From Candidatus Woesearchaeota archaeon (lineage in GTDB: Archaea > Nanobdellota > Nanobdellia > Pacearchaeales > UBA284), in contig CAYGZP010000002.1 in the NCBI GenBank assembly GCA_964354405.1, positions 71,671 through 135,670 of the forward strand: a stretch of DNA of 64,000 bases. Direction: 5' to 3'. A model generated the notes under the pieces. That model made no database searches and was not told the origin of the DNA. It saw only the letters and a program-made list of their open reading frames with translations. Every line of letters starts with the position of its first letter. Position 1 is the stretch's first letter. Shown in pieces: positions 18,592 through 27,710 of the stretch. The position numbers and the translations under genes are program-made.

Positions 18592-20412
18592 CTATTTCTC
18601 CTCTTTGACTTCTTCTTTTACAATCTCAATGCAATCAGGATAAAGTTGTTTACACACAGAGCAGCTCCAGCACAAGTTCTTATCAATAAACCATTTGCTT
18701 TTCTTTCCTTTTTCTTTCTGAATTGCAGGACAATCAAATTTTGCTAACTCATTCAATTCAGGTTTTTGTTTGATAATCTGATATTTTGGAAGTTTCACTC
18801 CCTTTCGCGAAGCTTGTCTCACGAAAGCCAAGCGACATTCTCCCTTTGCTACTATAACAGAAACTCCTTGAGACTCATAAGCATCCTTGATATCGCTGCA
18901 CAATTTGTCAAAATTGTAAACCTGAGATGTCTTTACAAAATCAACTTTGCATGCTTTAGCAATTTGCTCTATATCGATGACTTTTGTCTCATCTCCCATC
19001 GCTGTGATTCCTGTGACCGGATTTGGCTGATGTCCTGTCATCGCAGTCCATCTATTATCAAGAACGATGACAAGAGCATTTGCTTTATTATAAACCAAAT
19101 TTAACAGAGCAGGAATGCCTCCATGCAAGAAAGTCGAATCTCCGACAAAAGCAACAGTTTTCTTGCCGGTTGTTTTAGAAATTCCATGCGATATTCCAAT
19201 TCCAGCACCCATGCTGACAATATAATCAGGAAGTTTGAATGGCTCGGTTGCTGCTAAAAGATAACATCCTATGTCTCCACCAAAAATCTTATCTTTGCCC
19301 AGGACTTTGGAAACAGCATAAAATGTCGCGCGATGAGGACATCCAGGACAAAAGAAAGGCAATCTTCTCTCAACTTCAACAGAAGCTCGTAAAATTTCTT
19401 CTGAAACTGGCTTGTTTAATATTTTTGCCAATCCCATAAGAACAATTTCGGGTTTCAGTTCTCCTGTTTCAGAGAAAAATTGTTTTCCATAAACCTTCAA
19501 CGAGCATAATTTCTTGATTTCTTCCTCGATAATCGGATCAAGCTCTTCGATAATCACAACTTCTTGCAGATTTTTCATAAATCCCTTGATTTTTTCAGCG
19601 GGGAACGGATAACTGAAGCCAAGCTTGGACAAAGGCAATTTAATATTTAATTTGTCAAAAGCCTCTCGAACATAATCATAACTAACTCCAGAAGTGATAA
19701 TTCCTATCTTGCCCTCTCCTTTCTCAATCGAGTTGAAAACTGATTTTTCAGAAAGCTCTTTTATCTTAACAATTTTTTCAAGAATTTTTTTATGCAAGCC
19801 TACAGTTACTGCACAGCCAATATTAAACTCCTTTTTCTTAAAGCTCGCTTGAGTTCTTGTCTTGACAATTCGCCCAAAGTTAACAATCGACTTGGCATAG
19901 GAAACTCGCGTTGTGAGTCTGATAATCACAGGAGTCTTGTAAAGCCACGCCAAAGAGAACGCAGCTTTAGTCATATCCAAAGCCTCTTGCGCGTTACTTG
20001 GCTCGAACATCGGAATTTTGCTCAACTTTGCAAAGTGCCTCGAATCTTGCTCTGTCTGTATAGAGCTGAAACATCCAGGATCATCTGCAACTACAACAAC
20101 TATTGGACAAGAAAAATAAGCCAGAGGCATCAATGAGTCAAGAGCAACATTCAATCCATAATGTTTCATTGCTACGAGAGATTTTGCTCCAGAGAACGCA
20201 GCTCCAGCAGCAGCTTCCAAAGCAACTTTTTCATTAACGCTCCACTCAAAATAAATTCCTGTCTCTTGGGCAATGCTCGCGAATGTGTTGCCTATTTCAC
20301 TCGCAGGAGTGCCAGCATAGCTAGAAGCAAAGCTCATGCCTGATTCCAAAGCACCGCGAACAATGGCCTCATTGCCAAATATTAAACCTCTTTTATCTTT
20401 CAACACTTCCAT
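18592..20412 (-). CDS. iorA: indolepyruvate:ferredoxin oxidoreductase subunit alpha (IorA)
   Basis: 606 aa; TPP-binding domains (GDIGCY, GDSTFLHGG) and a C-terminal CPGCPH...ferredoxin-like CWSCSVC cluster; the size and layout fit IorA. Confidence 0.75.
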   Translation of the reverse strand: MEVLKDKRGLIFGNEAIVRGALESGMSFASSYAGTPASEIGNTFASIAQETGIYFEWSVNEKVALEAAAGAAFSGAKSLVAMKHYGLNVALDSLMPLAYFSCPIVVVVADDPGCFSSIQTEQDSRHFAKLSKIPMFEPSNAQEALDMTKAAFSLAWLYKTPVIIRLTTRVSYAKSIVNFGRIVKTRTQASFKKKEFNIGCAVTVGLHKKILEKIVKIKELSEKSVFNSIEKGEGKIGIITSGVSYDYVREAFDKLNIKLPLSKLGFSYPFPAEKIKGFMKNLQEVVIIEELDPIIEEEIKKLCSLKVYGKQFFSETGELKPEIVLMGLAKILNKPVSEEILRASVEVERRLPFFCPGCPHRATFYAVSKVLGKDKIFGGDIGCYLLAATEPFKLPDYIVSMGAGIGISHGISKTTGKKTVAFVGDSTFLHGGIPALLNLVYNKANALVIVLDNRWTAMTGHQPNPVTGITAMGDETKVIDIEQIAKACKVDFVKTSQVYNFDKLCSDIKDAYESQGVSVIVAKGECRLAFVRQASRKGVKLPKYQIIKQKPELNELAKFDCPAIQKEKGKKSKWFIDKNLCWSCSVCKQLYPDCIEIVKEEVKEEK

Positions 20413-20468
20413 CTTACTTCTGTTTCAATGTTTTTTGAATTTAAAAAGTTTTATTAAAAAGCTGATGA

Positions 20469-20738
20469 TTAACAGTTGATTTTCAGCTCCTTTGCGTTTA
20501 CTATGGCATCTGACACCTTTTTTCTTGCTTTTAGCAAAACCCTATGAAATGTGGGTTGGGAGATTCCCATGGCTTTTGCAGCCTTTTTCTGCTCCATCCC
20601 TATAACATCTTTGAGCCTTAAGGCTTCCAGCTCCTCTCTCGCCAAGTACAAAGTATCGAGGACGAGTGGTACAATTGGTACAAAATCCTCGCACTTTATT
20701 TCACAGCTTGTTTTTTTCAGTTTTTTTGGGCGCGCCAT
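20469..20738 (-). CDS. DUF134 (UPF0251) family predicted DNA-binding regulator
   Basis: MARPKKLKK...LYLAREELEALRLKDVIGMEQKKAAKAMGISQPTFHRVLLKARKKVSDAIVNAKELKI matches the DUF134 pattern, a sigma-70 region-4-like HTH. The track ORF (to 20936) probably over-extends the N-terminus. Confidence 0.6.
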   Translation of the reverse strand: MARPKKLKKTSCEIKCEDFVPIVPLVLDTLYLAREELEALRLKDVIGMEQKKAAKAMGISQPTFHRVLLKARKKVSDAIVNAKELKINC

Positions 20739-20909
20739 TTTCAGTGACAGCATTAGCCAGAGCCAGTGACACCTCCTCTTACTCAGTAGATATATTATGA
20801 ATATATATTCATAACCATATTTAAATATTTCTATCTTGTCACTATTCTGTTTTTGATATAACTTTCTGAGCACAATAATCTTTTTTAGGGGTAGAAAAAT
20901 AATAGGGCC

Positions 20910-21635
20910 ATGGTTGAGGGATTTAGCGAAGCACATTTAGAATTTATTCAACATTTAAAACCACAATTAGTTGAGCACGACTACATTGTTCCACTAAAAA
21001 ATTTTGATGAGTTGCATAGAATACTTTCTCATTTATCTTGCGGTGCGCGCAAATTATCAAATGAAGAATATGGTTATTTTGGTGCTCGTAATTTATACAG
21101 TACTCTACGATTTTGTAAATTTTGTCCAGTTGAAGATTTACCAACGCTCTATGCTGGAACAAGCAGCGAGGGTCTCGGGGCTTTTATAGGTTTCCCAAAA
21201 GAAATTTATCAAATAACTACTTCTATTGGTGTAGAATTCGGCAAGGCAGAAGAAATGCTTCGCGCCTATTTAAATACATGGCATAAAATTTTAGAAAATA
21301 AATCTCTTGAATTATTGTCAGATTCAGAAAATGAACATTTTCCAACTCGTAGCATTGCTAATAACAGCCCGATTAATGAGATGTTCTTTTCATTCTGGGA
21401 TCTTTTGTTTGATTTAGAAGAAGTTGTAAAAAAGAAAGAAGAACATCCACATGGTGATAAGTATAAGTATAAATTTAAGATTTGTTCAGATCATAACAAT
21501 GAAGATTCTTTGTCGCAATTAAGACCTATATACATAGAAATGACAAGAGGGCGCTTTAAGAAGTATGATTTAGCTCTTCAAGAGGGGGATATAGAAATTA
21601 TTTTTAGTAAAAAGAAAATTTTTAGTTTAGATTAA
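20910..21635 (+). CDS. hypothetical protein (241 aa)
   Basis: Intact ORF divergent from the DUF134 gene; no recognisable motif. Confidence 0.4.
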   Translation: MVEGFSEAHLEFIQHLKPQLVEHDYIVPLKNFDELHRILSHLSCGARKLSNEEYGYFGARNLYSTLRFCKFCPVEDLPTLYAGTSSEGLGAFIGFPKEIYQITTSIGVEFGKAEEMLRAYLNTWHKILENKSLELLSDSENEHFPTRSIANNSPINEMFFSFWDLLFDLEEVVKKKEEHPHGDKYKYKFKICSDHNNEDSLSQLRPIYIEMTRGRFKKYDLALQEGDIEIIFSKKKIFSLD

Positions 21636-21669
21636 TAAGAATTCTTAAAATCAGGACTAACAGAACTAT

Positions 21670-22827
21670 CTAAAGAACAATTTCTATGTCAATCTCATCT
21701 TCGACAGTGTTGCTGTCTTCGTCATATGCTCTTGCCATGATTGTGTGCTCGCCTTCATCAAAATCCTCAGGGTTGTTAAAATCCCATTTCCAAGGATAAT
21801 CTTCATCAGTAAATTGATGATCACCATCAATATAAAATCTTACTTCAGTTATCGCGCTTTCATTGCCTGTAACAGTTGCCTTGACATCAACTCCATCTTC
21901 CCCTATCTCCTCGCCATCATCAGGATCTGTTATCTCAATGCTAAAGTCACTAGGCTCTTCCTCTTCTGCCTCGCATACACAATCGCTGCTGCATGTTTCA
22001 TCTGATGCACAGGTGTTGTTAGTAGACATGTAATCGCATTCTTCCTCTCCGTTGACTTTCCCGTCTCCGCACACAGGAGGGGATATCATAAAACACTTGC
22101 ATGAAACACATATTGCCCCCTCTTCACAGCCGCAAGGCTCTAACTTATGATCGCATTCCTCACCTTCGTCAATTTTAGCATTTCCGCAGCAGCACTTGGG
22201 TTTTGGACAGGCATTGCTCCCACAGATTTTTGTGGCAATAGCATTTATCTGGGCTTGTGTGGGTTTTGCTTTATCACTCCATGTCCTTCCCATAATGTTT
22301 TCGCCGTAAGTTCCGCTGCTCGCGTTATATTCGTCTCCTAACCCCATCATATGGCCTGCTTCATGAGCCGCATCATGGATAGTTCCTTGGACTCCAGGCA
22401 GCGCTTCATTCATATGATTAGACCACCATCCAGAGATATCACCAACTCCGCTCGCTGCAATTCCTCTCATGTATCCTCTATAAATCTTGCCCGAGGCATC
22501 TTTGGCATAATCTGCAGTAACATCAATGCAATGATATCCTGGCGTTGGATTGTTTTCACATAAGCCAGAGATGCTCTTCCACTCAACCTCGACTTTCAAA
22601 GGACATTTACAGTCGCCTAAAGTGTAGCCATTCCATACAGTTTCAATATCATTAACCCAATTATTAATTGTGGTATTATCGCCTCCAGAGAAAGCAATCT
22701 TGATAGTTATCTTTATCTCACAACCAGCTGTCGAACAAGTGGTTTCAGCCATAGCCAGATTCGATAAACTGATAAGAACTACAAATATTCCGATTAACAT
22801 CAATAATTTATATCGTGAATTTTCCAT
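21670..22827 (-). CDS. secreted zinc metalloprotease (HExxH) with Cys-rich disintegrin/Myxococcus-type repeats and acidic C-terminal domain
   Basis: Signal peptide; HEAGHMMGLGDEY zincin motif; repeated CGNAKIDEGEECD / CGDGKVNGEEECD units resemble CGxGxxExGEECD repeats; Asp/Glu-rich C-terminus. Confidence 0.55.
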   Translation of the reverse strand: MENSRYKLLMLIGIFVVLISLSNLAMAETTCSTAGCEIKITIKIAFSGGDNTTINNWVNDIETVWNGYTLGDCKCPLKVEVEWKSISGLCENNPTPGYHCIDVTADYAKDASGKIYRGYMRGIAASGVGDISGWWSNHMNEALPGVQGTIHDAAHEAGHMMGLGDEYNASSGTYGENIMGRTWSDKAKPTQAQINAIATKICGSNACPKPKCCCGNAKIDEGEECDHKLEPCGCEEGAICVSCKCFMISPPVCGDGKVNGEEECDYMSTNNTCASDETCSSDCVCEAEEEEPSDFSIEITDPDDGEEIGEDGVDVKATVTGNESAITEVRFYIDGDHQFTDEDYPWKWDFNNPEDFDEGEHTIMARAYDEDSNTVEDEIDIEIVL

Positions 22828-23524
22828 TTGTTTTATTCCATTTTAAATTATTTTTATTATTATCCCACCATGCGTTCCACTGAGCTTTGTCAACTCCGAA
22901 AGTTTGATTAGTGTATGCTTGCAAAACCATTGCACAATGCGAGTTGATTTGCATGACAGGTTCGCTTGGTTTTAATATCGCTGTATTCTCCAATTCTGCT
23001 ATCAACACAGGAATCCCATCTTTAGAGCCAAAAGACATAGCTAACTCAGCTGCTGTAACTCGAACATTTACATCAGTGTCAGTCATCGCGTCTTTCAGAT
23101 AGCTTAGAACAGACACAGAACTGTTGTGCCCCACTGCAGATAATCCGACAACAGCTGCATATCTTTCATTGCTGTTGTTGCTGTCGAGCATTTTCACAAG
23201 CGTCGGGACAGCAAACTTCCCAACAGCTGTAAGCGCATCTAAGTTAAGGGTATTGATATTAACTCCGTCATAACCAGAAACAATTGTCACAACAGCAGCC
23301 TTGCTCTCATTAGTCTCTGCTGTTGGAACAAATCTCATAAATATGTTAAATAAAGAACTCATGTCAAAAGATTTTATTGAAGGTATTAAAAAGTATACCC
23401 CTACGCCAAGGCCGATCACAACAATAACTCCTATAATGATAAACAAAAGTTTCTTGCTAAAATGAAACCCCCCCTTATACTTGCCGCTTACCTCCTTGTC
23501 TTTGTGATGATTAATATCTCTCAT
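22808..23524 (-). CDS. membrane-anchored HEAT/PBS-lyase-like repeat protein
   Basis: N-terminal TM helix followed by repeated ...ERYAAVVGLSAVGH... / ...NVRVTAAELAMSFG... HEAT-like units. Confidence 0.4.
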   Translation of the reverse strand: MRDINHHKDKEVSGKYKGGFHFSKKLLFIIIGVIVVIGLGVGVYFLIPSIKSFDMSSLFNIFMRFVPTAETNESKAAVVTIVSGYDGVNINTLNLDALTAVGKFAVPTLVKMLDSNNSNERYAAVVGLSAVGHNSSVSVLSYLKDAMTDTDVNVRVTAAELAMSFGSKDGIPVLIAELENTAILKPSEPVMQINSHCAMVLQAYTNQTFGVDKAQWNAWWDNNKNNLKWNKTNGKFTI

Positions 23525-23598
23525 GCTTGTTATGCCTCGTTTTTCTTACTACTTTTTGTTTTCGGTGCTTTTTATATTTTATTATTTTTCCTTTCTAC

Positions 23599-24180
23599 TC
23601 ACTTTTTGATTAATTTCAGTATCTTGTCAACTTGTTTCTGAGTTTCTTGAAGCGAGCTGCCATTATCTATCTTGAAATCAGCCATCTTGAAAGTTTTGTG
23701 GAAGTTAAATGTCGCTGATTCTATCGCCTCCTGATGCAAAAATTGCTCATAAGTTTCGCTGTCTCCTTTCCTTCCTCGCTTCCTCGCGCGCATGAATCTC
23801 ACAAATGGCTCTGCATCAACCATAATAATCTTGGCCCCGAGCTTTTTCTTGGCAAGTTCAATATCTATGGTTGTTCTCAAGCCGTCGACAACAACATTTT
23901 TCATTGACATGTGATCCTTGGTTTTTATCTCAGCAATTGCTTTATTTACAAGATAATCCTCGCCATATCGAGCTCGAAGCTCATGCTGTAATTTTCTTAA
24001 GTTATCTCGAGTAGGTTTGATTTCCCTTTTTCTTGCTTCCGCGCGTAGAAAGTTGCTCATGACAATTTTCTTGAAATGATATTTCTTTACAAGATGATTA
24101 GAAACAGAATCTTTTCCAGAAGCGATAGTTCCGATAACTCCTATGACAAACGGCTTGAATCCTAACTTTTGTAACACCAT
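23599..24180 (-). CDS. P-loop kinase, dephospho-CoA kinase (CoaE)-like
   Basis: VIGVIGTIASGKDSV P-loop; the spacing of downstream segments (VVVDGLRT..., IIMVDAEPFVRFMRARKRG) parallels bacterial-type CoaE. Confidence 0.5.
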   Translation of the reverse strand: MVLQKLGFKPFVIGVIGTIASGKDSVSNHLVKKYHFKKIVMSNFLRAEARKREIKPTRDNLRKLQHELRARYGEDYLVNKAIAEIKTKDHMSMKNVVVDGLRTTIDIELAKKKLGAKIIMVDAEPFVRFMRARKRGRKGDSETYEQFLHQEAIESATFNFHKTFKMADFKIDNGSSLQETQKQVDKILKLIKK

Positions 24181-24308
24181 CTTACCTCTTTTACTGATTA
24201 TCTACGAGAAAGAGATTTAAAAGGTTTTTGAATATATCCTTTAAAAAAATAGTTTTGCATGATATAAATGTTTAAAATAATAAACAACAATGAACTAAAG
24301 GAGTTAAG

Positions 24309-24590
24309 ATGAGCGAAGAATTTGAAAAAAAACTAAATGAGTTGTATGGAGAAACTTTCAGAGATACTGGAGAGAGGTTTACAGTATATTGCAACAACGC
24401 AGACAAACACGGGCATCCATTAGGTGGAACTGAAATGAGAAGAGTTGATTCTACATTGACTAGCAGAGGAGGTTTAGACGAGCCTATTTTTATATATAAT
24501 TATCACTGTGATTGTGGTGCTAAAGCGACAGTGATTTATCGATGCGATGGTGCTAAAGCGACAGTGATTATAGAAAGTTACAAGAAATAA
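24309..24590 (+). CDS. hypothetical small protein with internal tandem repeat
   Basis: 93 aa; the DNA carries a direct duplication (ggtgctaaagcgacagtgatt twice) that yields CDCGAKATVIYRCDGAKATVII. Confidence 0.35.
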   Translation: MSEEFEKKLNELYGETFRDTGERFTVYCNNADKHGHPLGGTEMRRVDSTLTSRGGLDEPIFIYNYHCDCGAKATVIYRCDGAKATVIIESYKK

Positions 24591-24651
24591 AAAAATTAAA
24601 GTTGCAAGGCGGCGCGAAAAGATTAAATAATAGTTTTTTTCTATTAGAATT

Positions 24652-25056
24652 ATGGAATCTGAAGAAGAGTTTAATAAAAGGTTTTTCAAAGAAGGTGTTG
24701 CAGTTCGTTCCATTGATGAATGGGGCACTCATTTTTTTGTAAGAGTCACCAAAGATAGTATAGAGCTTTATGAACCAACTGAAATACATATTCAGAGAAA
24801 GGACCTTAAATCACAAAGATTGGAATATCTTGCTTTTGATTTAGAATATGATCACAATTCGATTAAAAATACTATTAATTCTTCATTTTTTTATTCTTCA
24901 CGTGAAAAATATCGGAATTATCTAAAAGAAAAAATTCAACATACTAGAAACGCTGCCACAAAACTAGCTCATGAAATATTAAACTTATATGGTGATGGTT
25001 GTGGTGGGGAAGACTGCGGAAGTTGTGGGGAGTATAGTTTTTGTAGCACGATTTAA
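24652..25056 (+). CDS. hypothetical protein with Cys/Gly-rich C-terminus
   Basis: 134 aa; the EEEF-K N-terminus resembles the neighbouring 93-aa ORF; C-terminal GDGCGGEDCGSCGEYSFCSTI. Confidence 0.35.
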   Translation: MESEEEFNKRFFKEGVAVRSIDEWGTHFFVRVTKDSIELYEPTEIHIQRKDLKSQRLEYLAFDLEYDHNSIKNTINSSFFYSSREKYRNYLKEKIQHTRNAATKLAHEILNLYGDGCGGEDCGSCGEYSFCSTI

Positions 25057-25091
25057 ACGCCATCGAGCAATTAATCTAAATTGAGATTATC

Positions 25092-27278
25092 TTATTGTCC
25101 AGCTGCCAATCCTTTTCTTTCTCTTATTTGTCTGATGATTTTTTCCTGGAGTTCTTTTGGCACAGGCTCGAAGCTCTGGTCAATTAAAAAGAATGTGGCT
25201 CGGCCTTCTGTCGCGCCTCTCAAATCATTGCTCAATCCAAACATCTCGCTGACTGGCATCTTTGCCTCTATCTTCACATGGTCTTCTTCCTGCTCGACAT
25301 TAAACAATTGTCCTCGCTTGCTCTGGATTATTCCATTTATGTCAGCCATAAAATTAAGCGGGCCTTCGAATCTCAAAATCTGCAATGGCTCAAATAGAAT
25401 AGGTCTCGCGTCAAACATGCACGCTTTTACAGCGTCGCGGACAGCAGGGAGGACCTGAGCAGGCCCCCTATGAATAGCATCTTCATGAAGCTTACAGTCC
25501 ATTAATGAGACTTTGAGCTTAGTACAAGGCTCTCGCGCTAATGGCCCTTGATCAACGACTTGCTCAAAACCATCCATGATAAGTTCGATGACTTCTCCTA
25601 TGGCAACAATTCCTCTTGTCTTGTCCAAGAGAACGCAGTCTTTGTAAATCTCTCTGTACTGCTTGGCCTCGTCATTGCTAATCCCAAATGAAACCAGAGT
25701 TTTGACAAGTGTATCATCTTTTTTCTTGATTCTTTTTTCTGCAAGATTGCCTGAGCGCAAAGCATTGTAAACCGCGTCTTCAAGAGGCTCGACAATTAGA
25801 TAAAAAACATTGTGCTTGTTCGGACTTCTTCCCTCTAGTTCTCTAGAAGCCTTGGTGATTGTCTCTCGATAAACAACAATTGGTTCAGATGTATTAATCT
25901 CCACGTTTTTTTCAGTCTTGATTCTGTTAGCAATAATCTCCAAATGCAGCTCGCCCATGCCAGAAAGCAAATGCTGTCCTGTTTCCTCATTAATCTGAAC
26001 TTTAATTGAGGGATCTTCCTTGCCGACTTGTTTCAAGACACTAATTAACTTCGGCAAATCCTGAGGTTTCTTAGCCTCGATAGCCTGGGTGACAACAGGC
26101 TCGAACAAATGAGTTATCTCTTCAAAAGCCTGCTCGGGTTCAGTAGTCAAAGTCTCGCTGGCATTGCTCTCAATTCCTCCGACAGCCAAAACATTTCCAG
26201 CAGGAATCTCTTCCATCTGTTCTGTCTTGATTCCGTCGTAGATGAAAACCTGCTGGACCTTTTGTCTTGCCTTTGCATTATTCAGATAAACCTCCATGCC
26301 CGCGCGTATCGTTCCTGAGAATAATCTTCCGATCGAGAGTTCCTTGCCTGTTCTCTGATCAACAATAATTCTTGTGATAATAAAAGCAACTTTTCCTTGG
26401 GCATTGCAATTCAAAAGATCCTTGCCCAGCTCGCTCTCAAGTTCGCCATGCCATATCTTAGGGATTCTGTATTTTTGCGCCTCGAGCGGCGAGGGATGAT
26501 GCTTAATAACCATATCAAGAATTACTTCGTATAAAGGAGCATTTTTCCAAACCCAGTCATTCCTTTCTTTCTCACCCATTTCATAAATTTTGCTGATATC
26601 CTTGAACGAGACGCTTTTCTTCTGCATAAAAGGCAATGACAAAGCCCAATTATCTCGCGCACTTCCAAAAGCAACCGACCCATCAGCAATATTGACTTGC
26701 CATTTTTGTTTATACTCGGGCTCGGCGATTCTTTCAATAAGGCTGTTAAAATTCGCGATGATTTTAACAATTCTTTGCTGCATCTGTTCAGGCGATAGTT
26801 TTAACTCTTTGATGAGCCTATCAAACTTATTGATGAACAGTGTTGGCTTGACTCGTTCTTTCAAAGCTTGTTTTATAACAGTCTCTGTCTGCGGCATTAT
26901 TCCTTCGCTCGCGCACACAAGGACAATTGTCCCATCAACAGCTCTCATAGCTCTTGTTACATTTCCAGAAAAATCAATATGCCCCGGAGTGTCAATCAGA
27001 TTAATCAGATACTCTTGACCTTGGAACTCGTGAGCCATTGAAACATTTGCAGCATCGACAGTCAATAATCTTGTTTGCTCATCTTCATGCTGCCATGTCA
27101 TCATTCCCTTGTCCAAATCTCCTGCGCTCATCTCTGACATCAATCCTGCTGCCGCGAGAAGGTTATCAGTCATCGCTGTCTTGCCATGATGTATATGGGC
27201 AGAAGTGCAGACATTTCTAATATTAGCCGGCTTAGTAATAATCCTCTTAAATTTGTCAATCCTTGATTCCTTTGCCAT
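25092..27278 (-). CDS. fusA: translation elongation factor 2 (aEF-2)
   Basis: 728 aa; G1 AHIHHGKT, DTPGHIDF, NKFD motifs and EF-2 domain order; it follows rps12-rps7 on the same strand. Confidence 0.9.
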   Translation of the reverse strand: MAKESRIDKFKRIITKPANIRNVCTSAHIHHGKTAMTDNLLAAAGLMSEMSAGDLDKGMMTWQHEDEQTRLLTVDAANVSMAHEFQGQEYLINLIDTPGHIDFSGNVTRAMRAVDGTIVLVCASEGIMPQTETVIKQALKERVKPTLFINKFDRLIKELKLSPEQMQQRIVKIIANFNSLIERIAEPEYKQKWQVNIADGSVAFGSARDNWALSLPFMQKKSVSFKDISKIYEMGEKERNDWVWKNAPLYEVILDMVIKHHPSPLEAQKYRIPKIWHGELESELGKDLLNCNAQGKVAFIITRIIVDQRTGKELSIGRLFSGTIRAGMEVYLNNAKARQKVQQVFIYDGIKTEQMEEIPAGNVLAVGGIESNASETLTTEPEQAFEEITHLFEPVVTQAIEAKKPQDLPKLISVLKQVGKEDPSIKVQINEETGQHLLSGMGELHLEIIANRIKTEKNVEINTSEPIVVYRETITKASRELEGRSPNKHNVFYLIVEPLEDAVYNALRSGNLAEKRIKKKDDTLVKTLVSFGISNDEAKQYREIYKDCVLLDKTRGIVAIGEVIELIMDGFEQVVDQGPLAREPCTKLKVSLMDCKLHEDAIHRGPAQVLPAVRDAVKACMFDARPILFEPLQILRFEGPLNFMADINGIIQSKRGQLFNVEQEEDHVKIEAKMPVSEMFGLSNDLRGATEGRATFFLIDQSFEPVPKELQEKIIRQIRERKGLAAGQ

Positions 27279-27296
27279 TTTTTTATTTCCTTCTTT

Positions 27297-27623
27297 TTAT
27301 CGTTTCCTGAAAACCATTTTTTTAGGACTGCAAATCATCACAAAAATATCCTTCTTTTTTGTCAAATAAGTCATAACTGACCTTAATCTCTCATATCCCT
27401 CGGCAATCAAGTTTGATTTATCTATAGATTTGTCCTCAGCTGAAACTCCTTCTTCATATAAGTGTTTATTGATGGAATATTTAGTCCAAACCAAATTTCC
27501 CTTTCCCTCATATCTTACATCCTTGACTTCTACTTCAACATATTCCTCTTTTTCCAAGAGTTTTAAGATAGTTTGGTCTAAAAAATCGATGGTTTTTGTT
27601 TCTTCTTTCTTCATTTTCGCCAT
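27297..27623 (-). CDS. hypothetical protein (108 aa)
   Basis: Intact ORF inserted between rps7 and the EF-2 gene. Confidence 0.35.
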   Translation of the reverse strand: MAKMKKEETKTIDFLDQTILKLLEKEEYVEVEVKDVRYEGKGNLVWTKYSINKHLYEEGVSAEDKSIDKSNLIAEGYERLRSVMTYLTKKKDIFVMICSPKKMVFRKR

Positions 27624-27710
27624 TTAACATCTATCAAAGGAGCATTTTTAAAAGTTTTCTTTATCTAACGCTACAATAATATTTTTAAAGGCATATCGAT
27701 AAGATAAAAA

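Noticed and set aside
20739-20936. N-terminal 66-aa extension of the DUF134 ORF in the track
   Set aside because: The sequence (MCFAKSLNHGPIIF...) is hydrophobic junk relative to the DUF134 family, which begins at MARPKK. It is probably 5' UTR or promoter.
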